A stretch of DNA of 37,912 bases from Guillardia theta CCMP2712 (GCF_000315625.1 NW_005434588.1:288133-326044); one strand, 5' to 3'. Shown: positions 10,918 through 23,147, counted from the first letter of the stretch. Notes: a model not told the origin generated them from the sequence alone. Program-made: numbers and translations.

Positions 10918-11507
10918 AATGCAACAATTCACATAATGGTTCTCATGAGAAGATTGGACAAAGGAGATGGACTCCCATAACGTGACAAGCTTCGAAACAT
11001 TTAGAATCGACGCTCCCTTTTTGCAAAAAGGAGATTTCCATCACTATCTCTAATGGAGAATAAGAGATACTGATGGACATTAGAGTCAGAAATAGAATCG
11101 GCAAAGCCGCCGATCATTTGTAGAATTCAGTGCAGACACTGCTATCGCAATGATTGCATCAGTCAGAACATGCCAAATGCGAATCAAGATTCATGAGAAG
11201 CATGAAGTGTAAAGTGTAGTAAGAACTAGAGCGTTTGTCCACTCATGATGAGAAGACAAAAGGTAGCGATTGAGGCAGACATTGGAACGATCCTATGTCG
11301 GAAGCTGAGGCAAAAAACCGGACCTCCACACCAGCACCTGCTCTCCTCCTCCGTCCTCTGACTGTTTGAACAGGCAGGGGGAGAAAGGGATCCGACCAGT
11401 TCACCTGATGATTCCTTCTTACGGTTGACCCCTTTCCCTCCTTCCTCCTTCCCTCACAAGTTCTCTCAGGATCCATCGGCGCGCCCCCCCCGGCACGGCC
11501 AGCGAGC

Positions 11508-12042
11508 ATGAAGAGGTGGGGGGGAGGCAAGGAATGTCGACGATTCATGATAATGTGCAACAGGAGAGTAAGTATCTTCTTCCTCCATGCTGGAGTCTAC
11601 GCGCTTGCAACAGGTAGCGTAGGAGACTCAGTGGGTGTTCTGCTCTGATTGCCTTCGGTACAGCCTTGTGCATGGTAGTCTTCTTCGCCATTGAGTCAGA
11701 GAGAGCGGAGCTGATCCAGGCAAGGCGAGGGAGAAACGTGAAAGATGTGAGGAGAGGAGGCGTGCTTGCGAACATCGCCTGCTGACGCGCCATGTCAGGC
11801 CAAGAGGTCGAAGCTGCAAGGGATTGTAGGTGAGGAGGGTTAGTGTGCTTGCTCTTACGGGGAGTGAGTTGCCTTGTCGAAGAATCTGCAAAGAAGACAT
11901 CAGAGATGATCAACTCGATGAGGTGAGGAAAATACCCCTCCTCCTCCTCCTCCTCCTCCTCCTCCTCCTCCTCCTCCTCCTCCTCCTCCTCCTCCTCCTC
12001 CTCCTCCTGACATGTTATTCTCAAAGCTTCTCAAGTCTGTGA
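11508..12042 (+). CDS. Putative 6-exon microprotein (~66 aa) with one N-terminal hydrophobic helix
   Basis: Manual splicing gives MKRRVSIFFLHAGVYALATALCMVVFFAIESERAELIQAKRSKLQGIVESAKKTSEMINSMSFSSL*. All five introns are short and phase-compatible; the last contains (CCT)n. Confidence 0.55.
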
Positions 12043-12107
12043 CATTTGACTTCGTCACGAAAGCGGACCGAGCGAAATGGGCTTCTCTAGACAGCATTTC
12101 TCGCTTT

Positions 12108-12207
12108 NNNNNNNNNNNNNNNNNNNNNNNNNNNNNNNNNNNNNNNNNNNNNNNNNNNNNNNNNNNNNNNNNNNNNNNNNNNNNNNNNNNNNNNNNNNNN
12201 NNNNNNN
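12108..12207. other. Assembly gap (100 N)
   Basis: Run of N. Confidence 1.
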
Positions 12208-12393
12208 GTCCCTGGGAGCCCGGGAGGGTAAAGGGGGTTTATTTATCCTTGGGCACCCCAACCCCCCCCCCCCCTCCCCCCCCCTCTTCCCCCCCTTCTT
12301 CCCCCCCCTCCTCTTCATCCCCCTCCCCCCCCCTTCCCGCTCTCCGCCCCCCCCCCCCCCCCTTCCCCCCAAACTGATCTTTCCTTGCAACAG

Positions 12394-14148
12394 TGCTACG
12401 CTTGCTTCACCGACGTTGGCCATGGTGAGGAGGAGGAAGCCTGTGTCTTGTTTTCTGACGCGTCCGAGTAGCTCATCTCGACCATGCTGCTCACGGGGAG
12501 CACGAGAGTCACGGGGAGGAAGAGGCGCACGAGGGAGAGGAGGAGGCGGCGCATGCTAGCGTGAAGGGTGAACAGGTAGATTGAGGAGGAGAGGGGAGAT
12601 CAAGGAGGGAGAAGAAGTGGAGCAGCAGGAAGGAGTGGAGCAAGGGGTTCGATGCTCCTGGAACCCTGACACTCTCTGCAGAAACTCTCCTCGCAGCTCT
12701 CTCAGTCCGAGCATGAGGGCGAACATGGTGAGGCGTCTGACCCTCTTCTTGTGCTCACCAGCCTGGCAGAGGCCTACAGCACTGAGATCATGTTCTTCTC
12801 CTACATCCCGACCTGCTGCCCCAACGCTCACGTTGAACGGTGAAGCATGCCTCTACCTGAAATCCACCTTCACCTCCACCACTTCCTTCGCCGCCACCAC
12901 CTCTTCCTCATCATCATTATCAACATCAACATCAACAACCTTTTCATCCTCCTCTTCCTCCTTCTCGTCATCATCACCATCATCATCATTCTCTTCCACT
13001 TCCTCTCACGTTCTCGTGGTCAGGATCCATCACTCTGCGGCTGATGCGGAGCTCAACAAGCCCTGCACCAAGGACGAGGCAGAGCTCGAGGCCTTCAAGG
13101 TCCACGGAGACGTCAAAGTTTGCTCGCACGAGGACATGGAGGAGGCGCAGGTTTGCCCTTGTTCTCTCTCCCACCTCACCCCCGAGTTGGCTCCCTCTCT
13201 TCTTCTACTCTCCCTCCCTCTCTCCACCTCTCCCTCCTCTCCTCGTCGTTCAGCTGTATCCTCCCGCTCTCCTCCTTTGACCTCCACCTTCCCACTTGAT
13301 CTCCTCCTCTTTTCTTCTCATGCTCTCTGCGCTGAAGCCCCACGTCCTCGCAGGCTCTGATCAATACTCTTGATGTTTGGGTCGTCGTTTTCTGCAGGTC
13401 TTTTGCCGTCCCTCCTTCCTCCAACTGCCTCCCTCCTATCAGCTACTTCCTGTCCCCAATTCCACCTTGTACCTTCTCCCCCTCCCCCTGACTCCTTCAC
13501 CTTCTCCTACTTGGCTCCTTCCTCCTCATACCTCTTCCCACCTCCCCTTTCGTTGCTCAACCTCCTTCTTCCTTCCTTCATCCTTCCTAACGCCTGTCTT
13601 GCTAGTATCCTGTGGATGTTGGGGATCCTAATCCTACACAACTGGCTGGGGCAGTTTCATAGTAAGAGCGGAGGGAGAGGAGGGAAATGGATGGAGGGGA
13701 TGGAGTGTACTGGCCCTCTTGCAGGAGAGGGAGTTGTAGCAGGAAGGTGAAGTGAGAGGCCGGAGGAAAGAGGAACGAGGACGGAGGAGAGAGTTGGAAG
13801 GAGGAAAGAGGTGAGGAGGAAGGAGGGGCTTACAAGTGACTTAGGACACGCACATACTGGGCATCATGGGGGCCATGGACACGAGCACGATCACGATCAC
13901 GATCACGAGCACGAGCACGAGCACGAGCATGACAAGAAGGGGGTGAGACTGATCAGAGTCCTTCCTCCCTCTCCCTCTCCCTCTCCCTCTCCCTCTCCCT
14001 CTCCCTCTCCCTCTCCCTCTCCCTCTCCCTTCAGTCCTCTCTGTCAATTTCCGTCTCTCTTGCACCTGCCTCTGTTGCCTCATGTATCTTTCCTCCCTAT
14101 CCTTCCCTTCTTCCCATTCGCTGACGGGGCCCTAAACAGACTCCTTAA
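12394..14148 (+). CDS. Multi-exon membrane protein with a C-terminal TM helix and His/Glu/Asp-rich tail (5' end uncertain, near the gap)
   Basis: GC3-rich exons splice to ..EHEAYSTEIMFFSYIPTCCPNAHVER-IHHSAADAELNKPCTKDEAELEAFKVHGDVKVCSHEDMEEAQ-ALINTLDVWVVVFCS-ILWMLGILILHNWLGQFH-RHAHTGHHGGHGHEHDHDHDHEHEHEHEHDKKG-TP*. Confidence 0.55.
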
Positions 14149-14149
14149 G

Positions 14150-15868
14150 CCTTAGCAAACGAACGGAGGGCATCGGAGACAAAAGCTGGACAGCACATTG
14201 ACGATGAAGAGTCAATGCTGCATCGATACATACAATGTTCATAAAGCATGAAAGCTATGAAGGACCAATGTCAAGTACAGCATCCTGAACAGCATTCCTT
14301 TCACTCCTCTCCTCCTTATTTGACATTTCTGAGCGTGTAATTAAATATACATCATGGGATCCTCCCTAACCCCATCGTACACCCCCGACCTCCTCCCCTC
14401 CGCGTGTCCCTCCCTTCCCTCACTTCTCCTCGGACAGACATGATGAGTTTGAGCTGCTGAGGCTTGACAAATTCAGCTCAGCGCTCTCGTTCTGTCCAGC
14501 ACGCTTCCACAAGAGGTTCGGGGAGAGTCCCTGAGGTGACCCAACGCCTCCGATGATCATTGAGTCTGAGTTCATCATGTCCTTCAACGCAGCTCGACAC
14601 AAGGGGGGAACACTTATGGCTCCTGTCAAGATGGTGAGCTGGTATGCTTCCAACGATGGGACGTGTACAGAACAGGATGCAGAGGAGCACAGGATGCAAG
14701 AGATGGGGAGGACGAACGAAGTTGACAAGGAAGGGGGGGGGGGGGGGTTTAGAGAGACAGAGGAGGCGAGTTACCTGCTAGCAGGAAACCGATGACGAGG
14801 ATCGCACAGAGTCGAGGAGTGAGTGGAGTGATGTGCTCTTTCGAGCCTGGTCTTGTCCACCTTGCGGCCAAGGCCGCATCGACTATGGATGCAACCTGCA
14901 TAACGAGATGAGCCCAACAAAGGAGAGGAGAAAGGGGGTGACCGCAGGGGAGGTAACGAGAGGAGGGGACAGGAGGAGAGAGTGAGCGGAGAAGGATTGG
15001 AGATAAGCAGACACCAAACAAGTCGTACATACCGCGAGAGTGATCGAAACGCTTGCAAGTGGAATAGAAGAGCCTTCCAGACTTAAAAGACTTGCCTGAT
15101 ACTAAGCAAACATCCCGTGAGTCACAACATTTAGAAAATCTCATCAAAAATATTATCAACATCGGCATCGGCATCGATCATACTCAGGTCTCATCTTCTC
15201 CATCATCATATATTAATCTTCGTACTCTAACAGTGACTCGGCCTTGACGTCTTCACACCCATCATCACGATCATCATCTGCATCATCCGATCGAAAACAA
15301 CGACAACAACAAAGACTTCTTGTCTCAGTCCTCACCTTAAAGGGGCCCCAGCTCAACTCGAACAAAGTCCGCCATACCTCAAGCATGCCGTCAAACATCG
15401 CGCAATCGAGGGCAACAAATGTACCATCAGCGTGCTGAAGACCATTGACGCACAGATCAGCCCAACCCCAACACAAAGGAGGCGCTGCATGCTCTCTGAG
15501 TGCTGCCAGCCAGGGTTCCCGTCCAAGACCGCCCTCCTCTCAGCCTCGGGATGCGGCTGCGCTGGGCAATGCTCGTTCATGTCCAGAGAGATGGGTCCAA
15601 AAACAGTTCTCGCGCCTGCTCAGTAGGTCAATGCAAGAAACTGAGCTGTGTCCAACCATTTCGGATATCATTCTCTGCACCGGATCGCTTCGAGCACTAC
15701 CACTGTGCTACTAGGACGACCTACACTTGCTATCCTCACAATGGAACGGGCAGTTGAGCCCGAAATTCTATCCTTCGATGCGACCTCTTCAACATGCAAT
15801 CTTAAACTGGTGGATTCCCTTTCAATAACAGATTTCAATGAATCAGTGAAATCAAGATTCTCTAACAT
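14150..15868 (-). CDS. Multi-exon membrane protein, possibly distantly iGluR-like; boundaries approximate
   Basis: Phase-compatible exons give ..MQRLLCVGVGLICASMVFSTLM|VWRTLFELSWGPFK.. and ..VASIVDAALAARWTRPGSKEHITPLTPRLCAILVIGFLLA|AYQLTILTGAISVPPLCRAALKDMMNSDSMIIGG.. (junction 14775/14646). Confidence 0.45.
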
Positions 15869-16029
15869 CAATCCCAGTCCTCCCTGCCAAAGGTTTTTCA
15901 TATCTCGGTGCCAATTTTTCTTCTCCCATGAGCAAGTCCCCGACATCCACAGGTTCCCTCCCACACTGCCATGGTGTTTCTTCCCTTCCAGCACATCTTC
16001 ACAATCTCTTACCAAAATTCCAAGTCACT

Positions 16030-17945
16030 GAGCCTTTCCTCCCTCCCTTCTCCTTCCCTCCTCCCTCCTGCCCTATCCCTTCCTCCAACGCGCGCCATCA
16101 TTCCTCCTGTCCCATTGGTACCCCCACCCCCATTAAAAACATCTCACCCACCCACCACATTCCCTACCACCCCACACCTTTGGTGAGCCCCAACCTCCTC
16201 TGTTCAAAAAGTACCCCTATCAGCCTATTGTGACCCCTGCTTTACCACCACCCCTCCAACATACTCTACCATACCACCCACCCCTCTTGTTGCAGATGTG
16301 CTGGGAGAATCCGAAATCCTATCACCCCCACCCCCTTTCCTCAACTACTTTGACAAACCCCCTCTTTTTCCCACATATAACCCCCACCCTTATAACCCCT
16401 CCAGTAGCCTTGCAAGGTGCCACCCCCACATTTGACTACCTTTGAACCCCCAATGATCCTGCAAGACCCTACCCATTTCTCATCAATCTACCCCTACCCT
16501 CTGACATATTTTGACCACCCCGGCATAAATAATATCTTCATTCAAATTCATCACCCACCCTCACCCTTCCAAACAACCCTGTCATTCTCGCAGGGTAGAG
16601 AATACATGGGGTGGGTGGTCAAGGCATGACCCTACTGTAGCATCGACAAGATTATCACCCTACCACCCAAACATTCGGATTGACTACCTACCCACCATCA
16701 TATCTGGCCCGAAAATGCTGATTGAAGAGGACCCTACCTATGATGATATGTCTGAAATAAGTAGAAAATGACCGGTGCAGCAACACCCACCCCTGGAATT
16801 ACGGAAATTCCTTTTGGACTACAGGAGAAGTCGGAGGTCAAATGACAACTCCCATTCAACCACCCCACCCCTTCGGCAGCCTACCCCCAAAGTCATCACC
16901 ACATCCAAAAAAGGAGTCCACAGTGCTAACACTACCCCACCTACTTCATGTTCGTCCCTAAACCGTAAACCCCACCCCCTTTTGAATTTGTTCCGGAATG
17001 TTTAGTACCCCAGGATCACAAGACCCCCTTTGAGGCCAGTACCCCACCCCCTCTTTCTCGAGTATCTCGTGACCTTCGCTCACCGTCGTATGGAACTCCT
17101 CGGCTCCAAAAGCAGCCCTTCTCGAAATTTCGACAAACTTCCCGAACAAATTGAATAATTTGAATAATATTCTATCAATAAATCAAACCATACCGTACAT
17201 TTTGGAGAAAATATTTCAATTGGCTGAAATGGAGGAATCAAAATGTCTCCATGGTTGGCCCAGGGGTTCTCAGGAGCTCCACCCACAGACGTACTTTCTC
17301 AGTACCCTACCCAGGGATAAACACTCGAATGCACCATAACTTTACCGGTACTGAAAGTACCCTACCCATCTGAAATCCTGAGGACAGCAAGATAAAAAAT
17401 TCTCCATCGCTGTATGACCACCCCACAACTTTCTTGTCGTATGAGTACCCACCCTACCCAAGAGAGTATCAAGTCCCGTCTGGAATCCCGAGGTAACTGT
17501 CAGCTATAAAAGGTGGGTACTGAGAGGGGAAAATGACGGGTGGAAACTGGTACAATCCATGGTTGGAAATTGACAAATTGACTAGAGGGTGGGTGATTTT
17601 GCAGGAGTAAGGTGTGGTAGGGTAGTACAATCAAGTTTGAAAGGTAGTCTTTTGTACCAGGACAGAAAAACGTGGGGCCCTTTGGGGGAAGAGGTCAGGG
17701 TAATTGGTAGGGTGGTAACAAGTCAAAAGGGGAGGTGGGGGTACAAGTGAGTTTGAAAGCAGCGGTTAATGGTCAAGCGAACCATATGTTGCGAAATATT
17801 TAGGAGGTGGGGTAGTACAACCCACCAGGGATTTCAACATACTTTCTGGGGAAAACAGATGGTGGAAAGCGGCGTCAAGGATTTGGGTTATCTATTTTTT
17901 TCAAAAGACTCTGAAAAGAAGTGTTTTCACCCTCAAAAACCCCTG
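16030..17945. other. Long TACCC/CACCC-rich intergenic block
   Basis: Same word composition as 3490-4340. C-rich on + to ~17460, G-rich from ~17510. Confidence 0.6.
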
Positions 17946-18740
17946 CACCCCGGCCCCCGCATCCGGAGTCCGGCGGGTGACTCATCAGTACTGCCGTAGT
18001 TGACTGACGGTCTGAGGACTTTACCGGCCCGGCATCCGATCCGGTCTCTCAGAGGGCCCGACTGAGCGGCCCGGCGGGACCGCCGTCGGCGGGCCGCCAC
18101 TGTCAGCACTGGCCGCCCGGCCAGCCGCAACTCGAGGCTCCGGCCCGGGCCCGGCGAGCCGCGAGTCACGCGGCGGCATCATCCGAAGTCGTCACGGTGG
18201 CACTGATCGGACCGTATCGTCCGGTCCCGGGCCGAGACCCGGTACCCCGGGCCGGTGGCGCCACCGTCGGAAAACCATCTTCGTACGGAGTCGGATCAAG
18301 TCAGGGCCGGCGGCGGCGCCCCCGGCCGCCGGATCTCACTGATCGGATGGAACGTACGGTATGCCAGCCGTGGGCCGCCAGTCAGATAGCGCCGAGTTAC
18401 GGTGACCGGACCGTGTGAAAAAACTCTCCTGTCACTAAACCAAGACGACTTACGTGTCACTGTCAGTCAAACCGGCGGCGAACTCACGTCAAGTTGCGGC
18501 GGCCACGGTCTATTATCGGAGCGCCGGGCCCGGGGGCCGGGCCGGGCGGCGCCCCGGGGCCCGGCGCTACTAGCCCCGGCCGGGCCGATGCATCACCGGG
18601 CAGTGAGTCACCGATCGGACTCAGTGATGATCATCGTCCCGGGGATGCCGTGGCCCCACCGCCGCGGCGGGCAGCGCCAGCTGCCAGTGGGCGGCCCGCC
18701 GGTCGAAACTTCAGGCGGCCGCCGTGATTGATCCGGGAAT
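17945..18740. other. GC-rich micro-palindrome block
   Basis: Dense CCSGG, GASTC, GTSAC, CGATCG, ACSGT words and small hairpins such as gccgcg-agtca-cgcggc. Confidence 0.7.
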
Positions 18741-18744
18741 CAGC

Positions 18745-18821
18745 TCTGAATTCAGACACTATTCAGGCTCTGAATAGTTTCCTATGTCACTATTCAGGGC
18801 CTGAATAGCGTTTGAATAGCT
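18745..18821. repeat. Cluster of CTATTCAG-nnn-CTGAATAG palindromes
   Basis: tctgaattcaga, cactattcag-gct-ctgaatag, cactattcag-ggc-ctgaatag and a further tgaatag half-site. Confidence 0.8.
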
Positions 18822-20209
18822 AAATCGCAACGGTTCGACATCTCGGTAAAAGCCGACGAGCGGCGCCCTGGCAGGGCGTTCCACACAGCGTACACATGGC
18901 GTGCGCAGCCTCGCCCGACTTCCTTCCCGTGAACCTCTGCCTCTCCATCTGACTGACAACATAACATCAACTATCATCCTGTCAGCATAGACTCATGGCA
19001 GCCTGCACACCTAGCTCACCCTCACTCTTTATTAGCTCTTGTTGCTCGCTGTTGAACATCTCTGAGACAGCAAGATTGTGTTGCTGAAAGCTTTCCTGTT
19101 GTGTGTTCAACGAGGACAATGATAACGAATCCAAATGTAATGTTCAACGGTACATATGATTAACATACAGCATCTTTTCATAGTAACATGCATATGTTCA
19201 AGAACAGGCAAAGGTAAACTTCGAAGGATATTCCAACGGGCTAACGTCACCGCTTCCTGTGCATGTGTCAAGCTATGCAGATTCCAGTGAGCTCATCTGT
19301 AGTCACCAAGGATTGGAGACATGAATCCTGAAGGGGACACAAACATCGTGAGCTTTCGCTTGAATTTAGGAAGTTCATGCAATAAATGATTTCATACTGT
19401 ACGCTTCATGTTGTTGATTTCCTGCATTGACAGCAACAGAGATATTGCATGAGCGGCTCATGCAATATCTCTGTTGCTGGAATCTCATATGACTGCAACG
19501 CAACCTTCGCATACGCATCAGATCTGCATTCTTTCTGCATAGCATGGCAACCGCATGAATGCATCGATGGAACGAGTTGTTGACAGTTAAAAAAAAGCGA
19601 TGGTTGTGGTACAAATTGATAACTGGAATCTTTAGCTAGGGTCATCTATGGATTTAACCTAGATCTTAACCCCTTTCTCCAGGTTAACTAAACTGGGCAC
19701 ACTACGCAACGCTATTCAGAAGGACATCCATAAGACCTCTAGTATCTTTTTAACTTAACTTCGAGTGCAAATACTACCGTGCTGTGGTCGGCCATTGTTT
19801 GGTTCAAGAGAGGGTAGGGGGTCATCAGGAAAGGATGACACACGTAAAGTTCTGACCTCAAAAACATTTTTACGTTTAAAAGAGGGGGTACAGAATGATT
19901 TACGAATAAAACGTTGTACAGTAGGTCAAACGAATTCAGGAAAGTTGAAATATTTCCTGCTAGTTTCAACTTTGCCTCCGCAGGCCCCCCACAATGTGAG
20001 ATGCGTCCTGAGGCGGCCCAATGATTTCTTGAAGAGATTTCTAAAAATATATTCAATGACCCCCTGTTGTACCGCAATATGGTTTACTAATCAAATTATA
20101 TCGTTTTCAGAATAAACATGGTACACATTTTCCCTTTATAAATTATAAAACTGTTTTTGAATGTTAAAACCGTTGTAAAGTGCTGGTTCAGCCTTTTCAG
20201 CCAAAACCA

Positions 20210-21310
20210 GTCATCGGCTCCCCACAGCCCCACCCCTAGGATCTGACTACCCCACCCCTAGGTGTCCCCCACCCCCATTGTTGCAGCTGATGGGGCACAT
20301 GACTCGAGCATCCTCAAGGACCCTTACCTTGAGTTTATTTTGCATCTAGTACCCTTTCTTTTTATAATAAAAGTACCCAGTACATGTAGAAAAAGAATAA
20401 CAACTACCCGTACTTTTTGGAAATCCCATCATTTGAGACTCATCACCACCCCTAGTTGAAATCCCTACCCCACCGATCGGGATCCACTGGGATACACCAA
20501 CAAGCTCAACAGGTTGGGGTGCAGTCTGAGATTTCTTGGACCCAGGAGGGTGGGGTCTAGAAGGTACCGGTATATTCTCTAACAAATCTCGGTTTAAGGT
20601 GTGGTAGGGTACTGCTTTCTGACGGTAGGTAAGTCGCCACCAGGGTGCTCTTGATTCTCAGAATGAACGGGTGGTCAGTATCGATTGATGCTCGACCACT
20701 GGTCCTGTTCAACAAGCACCGGTCCTATTGGATCAATGGTACTTAGTTGACCCCTTTGACACACTAATTTCGTGCTGTTTGCAGGGGTACTAGAGTACCC
20801 CACCCTTCAAAAATGTATTGAGACTTATCTAGTACCCCCAAATATACCCCAGCACCCCTTCGAATTCCCCACCCCACCCCATGGGCAGTCTTGATTCGTT
20901 TTGTGACGACACTCCACTACCCCCTGGGAAGACCACCCTTCCAATTCCATGATTGTTGTGCAACTACCCCCTCAGAAGAACTACATTTGGGATACCACCC
21001 TTGGTATCTCTCTGCTATGCACTTGCCATACCACCACCCACAATTTAAACATGCAAAGCATACCCTACCCACTATGGTTTGCGACTCTTTGAACCTACCC
21101 CTGATTTCCATCGAATATTCCTTTAAAAATACCGGTAATGTTCTAGACCGATTGAGCTATACCCCTCCATTTCACTTGTCAAAGCCCATAACCCCTGAAT
21201 ACTCAAAAACCTTATGAGTACCCCTCTGAAGTACCCCACCCTGACATCAAAACCCTACCTTTTGATGCCATACCCACCCCTGGGATCCCTGGACCCCAAT
21301 CTCTAGCTAC
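20210..21310. other. TACCC/CACCC-rich intergenic block upstream of hemA copy 1
   Basis: Same word composition; includes ggggtact-ag-agtacccc at 20784-20801. Confidence 0.6.
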
Positions 21311-21476
21311 CAACACCGCGTCCTCCTCCTGGCATCCAGTATCGGTGGGCAAGGCAACGACCAAGGAGAGGAGAAGAGAGAGGAACAAGAACAGGACAAG
21401 GGAGACTTTCAAAGTTCTCTCAGCTCAGACCTTGTGTGCTTATCACTTCCTCGCTCGTTCTCTCTGCAAGTTTAAA

Positions 21477-23147
21477 ATGCAGCTCGTGGCTGGCCTCGTG
21501 CTCCTATCGGCAGCATCATGCGCTGCTTTCAGTCCTGTTGCCCCTTTGAGGTGATGACTTGCCCTATTGTGCATGATAGTTGCTAACGATCCCATGGAAC
21601 AGGGTTGTTGGATCGTCTGCTGCTAGGTTGAATGTTTCACCGGCAAGGTTTGCTACCCGGCCTATCTTGGTGAGACAAAGCATTTTCAAACACTGCAGCC
21701 AGCATACCTGCTCGCCTTCATTTTTGTTGTCCTCCCTTGCAATCATCTTTCTCATGGCACTGCTCTGACCTCTGACCTTCAGGCCAACGTCCGAATGGAC
21801 ATGGAAATTCCTAAGTCTCTCCCCATCGAGCCCAAGACCAAGGAGGACAGGAAGGGCAAGCCCTCGGAGACGAGGGTTGTCGTCCTCGGTCTCAGCCACA
21901 AGACAGCTACCGTCGAGGTCCGCGAGAAGTTGGCCGTGCAGGAGCACAACTGGCAGAGCGTCGGTCGCGCCATCGCCGCGCTCCCGTCGCTCAAGGAGGC
22001 TGCCGTCCTCTCCACGTGCAACCGCTTCGAGATCTACTTTGTCACCAACGACGTGCACGCCGGGATCAGGGAGGTGACGGAGTACCTGAGCACGACCCGC
22101 GGGGTGTCGATGAAGGAGCTGAGGAGCTCGCTCTTCATGCTCAGCGAGGACGACGCGGTGTGGCATGCGCTGCGGGTGGCGGGAGGGCTGGACTCCCTGG
22201 TGATCGGGGAGGGGCAGATCCTGTCGCAGATGAAGCGGTGCTACGAGATCGCGACGGAGAAGCAGGGAGCGGCGGGGAAGGTGCTGACGCGCATGCTCAA
22301 CACGGCGGTGTCGGCAGGAAAGCGGGTGAGGTCGGAGACGGGGATCGCGCGAGGAGGAGTGTCGATCTCGTCTGCGGCGGTGGAGCTGGTGGAGAAGAAC
22401 TGCCTGCAGGACCTGGACCTTGACATGGACCAGCTGGACATCTGTATCCTCGGGGCCGGGAAGATGGCGAGGCTGCTGGTGCAGCACCTGCTGCCCCGCA
22501 ACGTGAAGAGCATCACCATCGTGAACCGATCGCAGCAGGGGGCGGACAACCTGGCGTCGATGTTCCCGGATGCGAACATCAAGACGGCGCTCATGGACTC
22601 GATGCTGGAGATGGTCGGGACGTCGCACGTGACGTTCGCGTGCACGGGGGCGATGGAGCCGATCCTGTACCAGGAGAACCTCGAGGGCGCGATGCAGCGA
22701 GGCGCGATGCTGGTGGACATCAGCGTGCCGAGGAACATCGACGACGTCGGGGCGAACAAGGTCGAGGGCGTGAAGGCGTACAACGTGGACGATCTCAAGG
22801 CCGTGGTTGCGGCGAACCAGGCGAGGAGGCAGCGGCTGGTGCTGGAGGCGGAGGAGCTGCTGCAGGATGAGATGAAGTCGTTCAAGGGTTGGCATCAGTC
22901 CCTTGGAACCGTGCCAATGATTACCAAACTTCAGAGCCGCGCCAACAAGATCCGCCGCGAGGAGCTTCTCAAGTACGAGCGGAAGCTGTCGGGGCTGAGC
23001 GCGCAGGAGCGAGAGACGGTGGAGAGGCTGACCAAGGGGATCGTGGCGAAGCTGCTGCACGGCCCCATGTCGCACTTGAGGACAGTTGATGACGTTTCGG
23101 ACAGGCAGTCGACTGTAAAGAGCCTGGAGGCAATGTTCCGCCTCTAG
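21477..23147 (+). CDS. hemA: Glutamyl-tRNA reductase, plastid-targeted, copy 1 (3 exons)
   Basis: Exons 21477-21550, 21603-21669 and 21783-23147. Presequence MQLVAGLVLLSAASCAA|FSP. Motifs GLSHKTA..REKLA, LSTCNRFE (catalytic Cys), GEGQILSQ, GAGKM (NADPH), DISVPRNI. Confidence 0.97.

Noticed and set aside
12208-12375. Poly-C-rich stretch after the gap
   Set aside because: Probably low-quality read end adjacent to the N run; not interpretable.
12700-12760. In-frame TGA read as selenocysteine to join exons
   Set aside because: An alternative acceptor (ggcag) joins the exons without a stop, and no SECIS was recognised.
16030-17945. G/C-rich words as interstitial telomeric repeats
   Set aside because: No tandem TTTAGGG/TTAGGG arrays; the words are dispersed and variable.
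18197-18731. Pro/Gly/Arg-rich ORFs in the palindrome blocks (also 5660-6010, 10033-10632, 32150-32395)
   Set aside because: Open by virtue of high GC; the shared peptide KISTRTIRR simply reflects the dispersed DNA motif.
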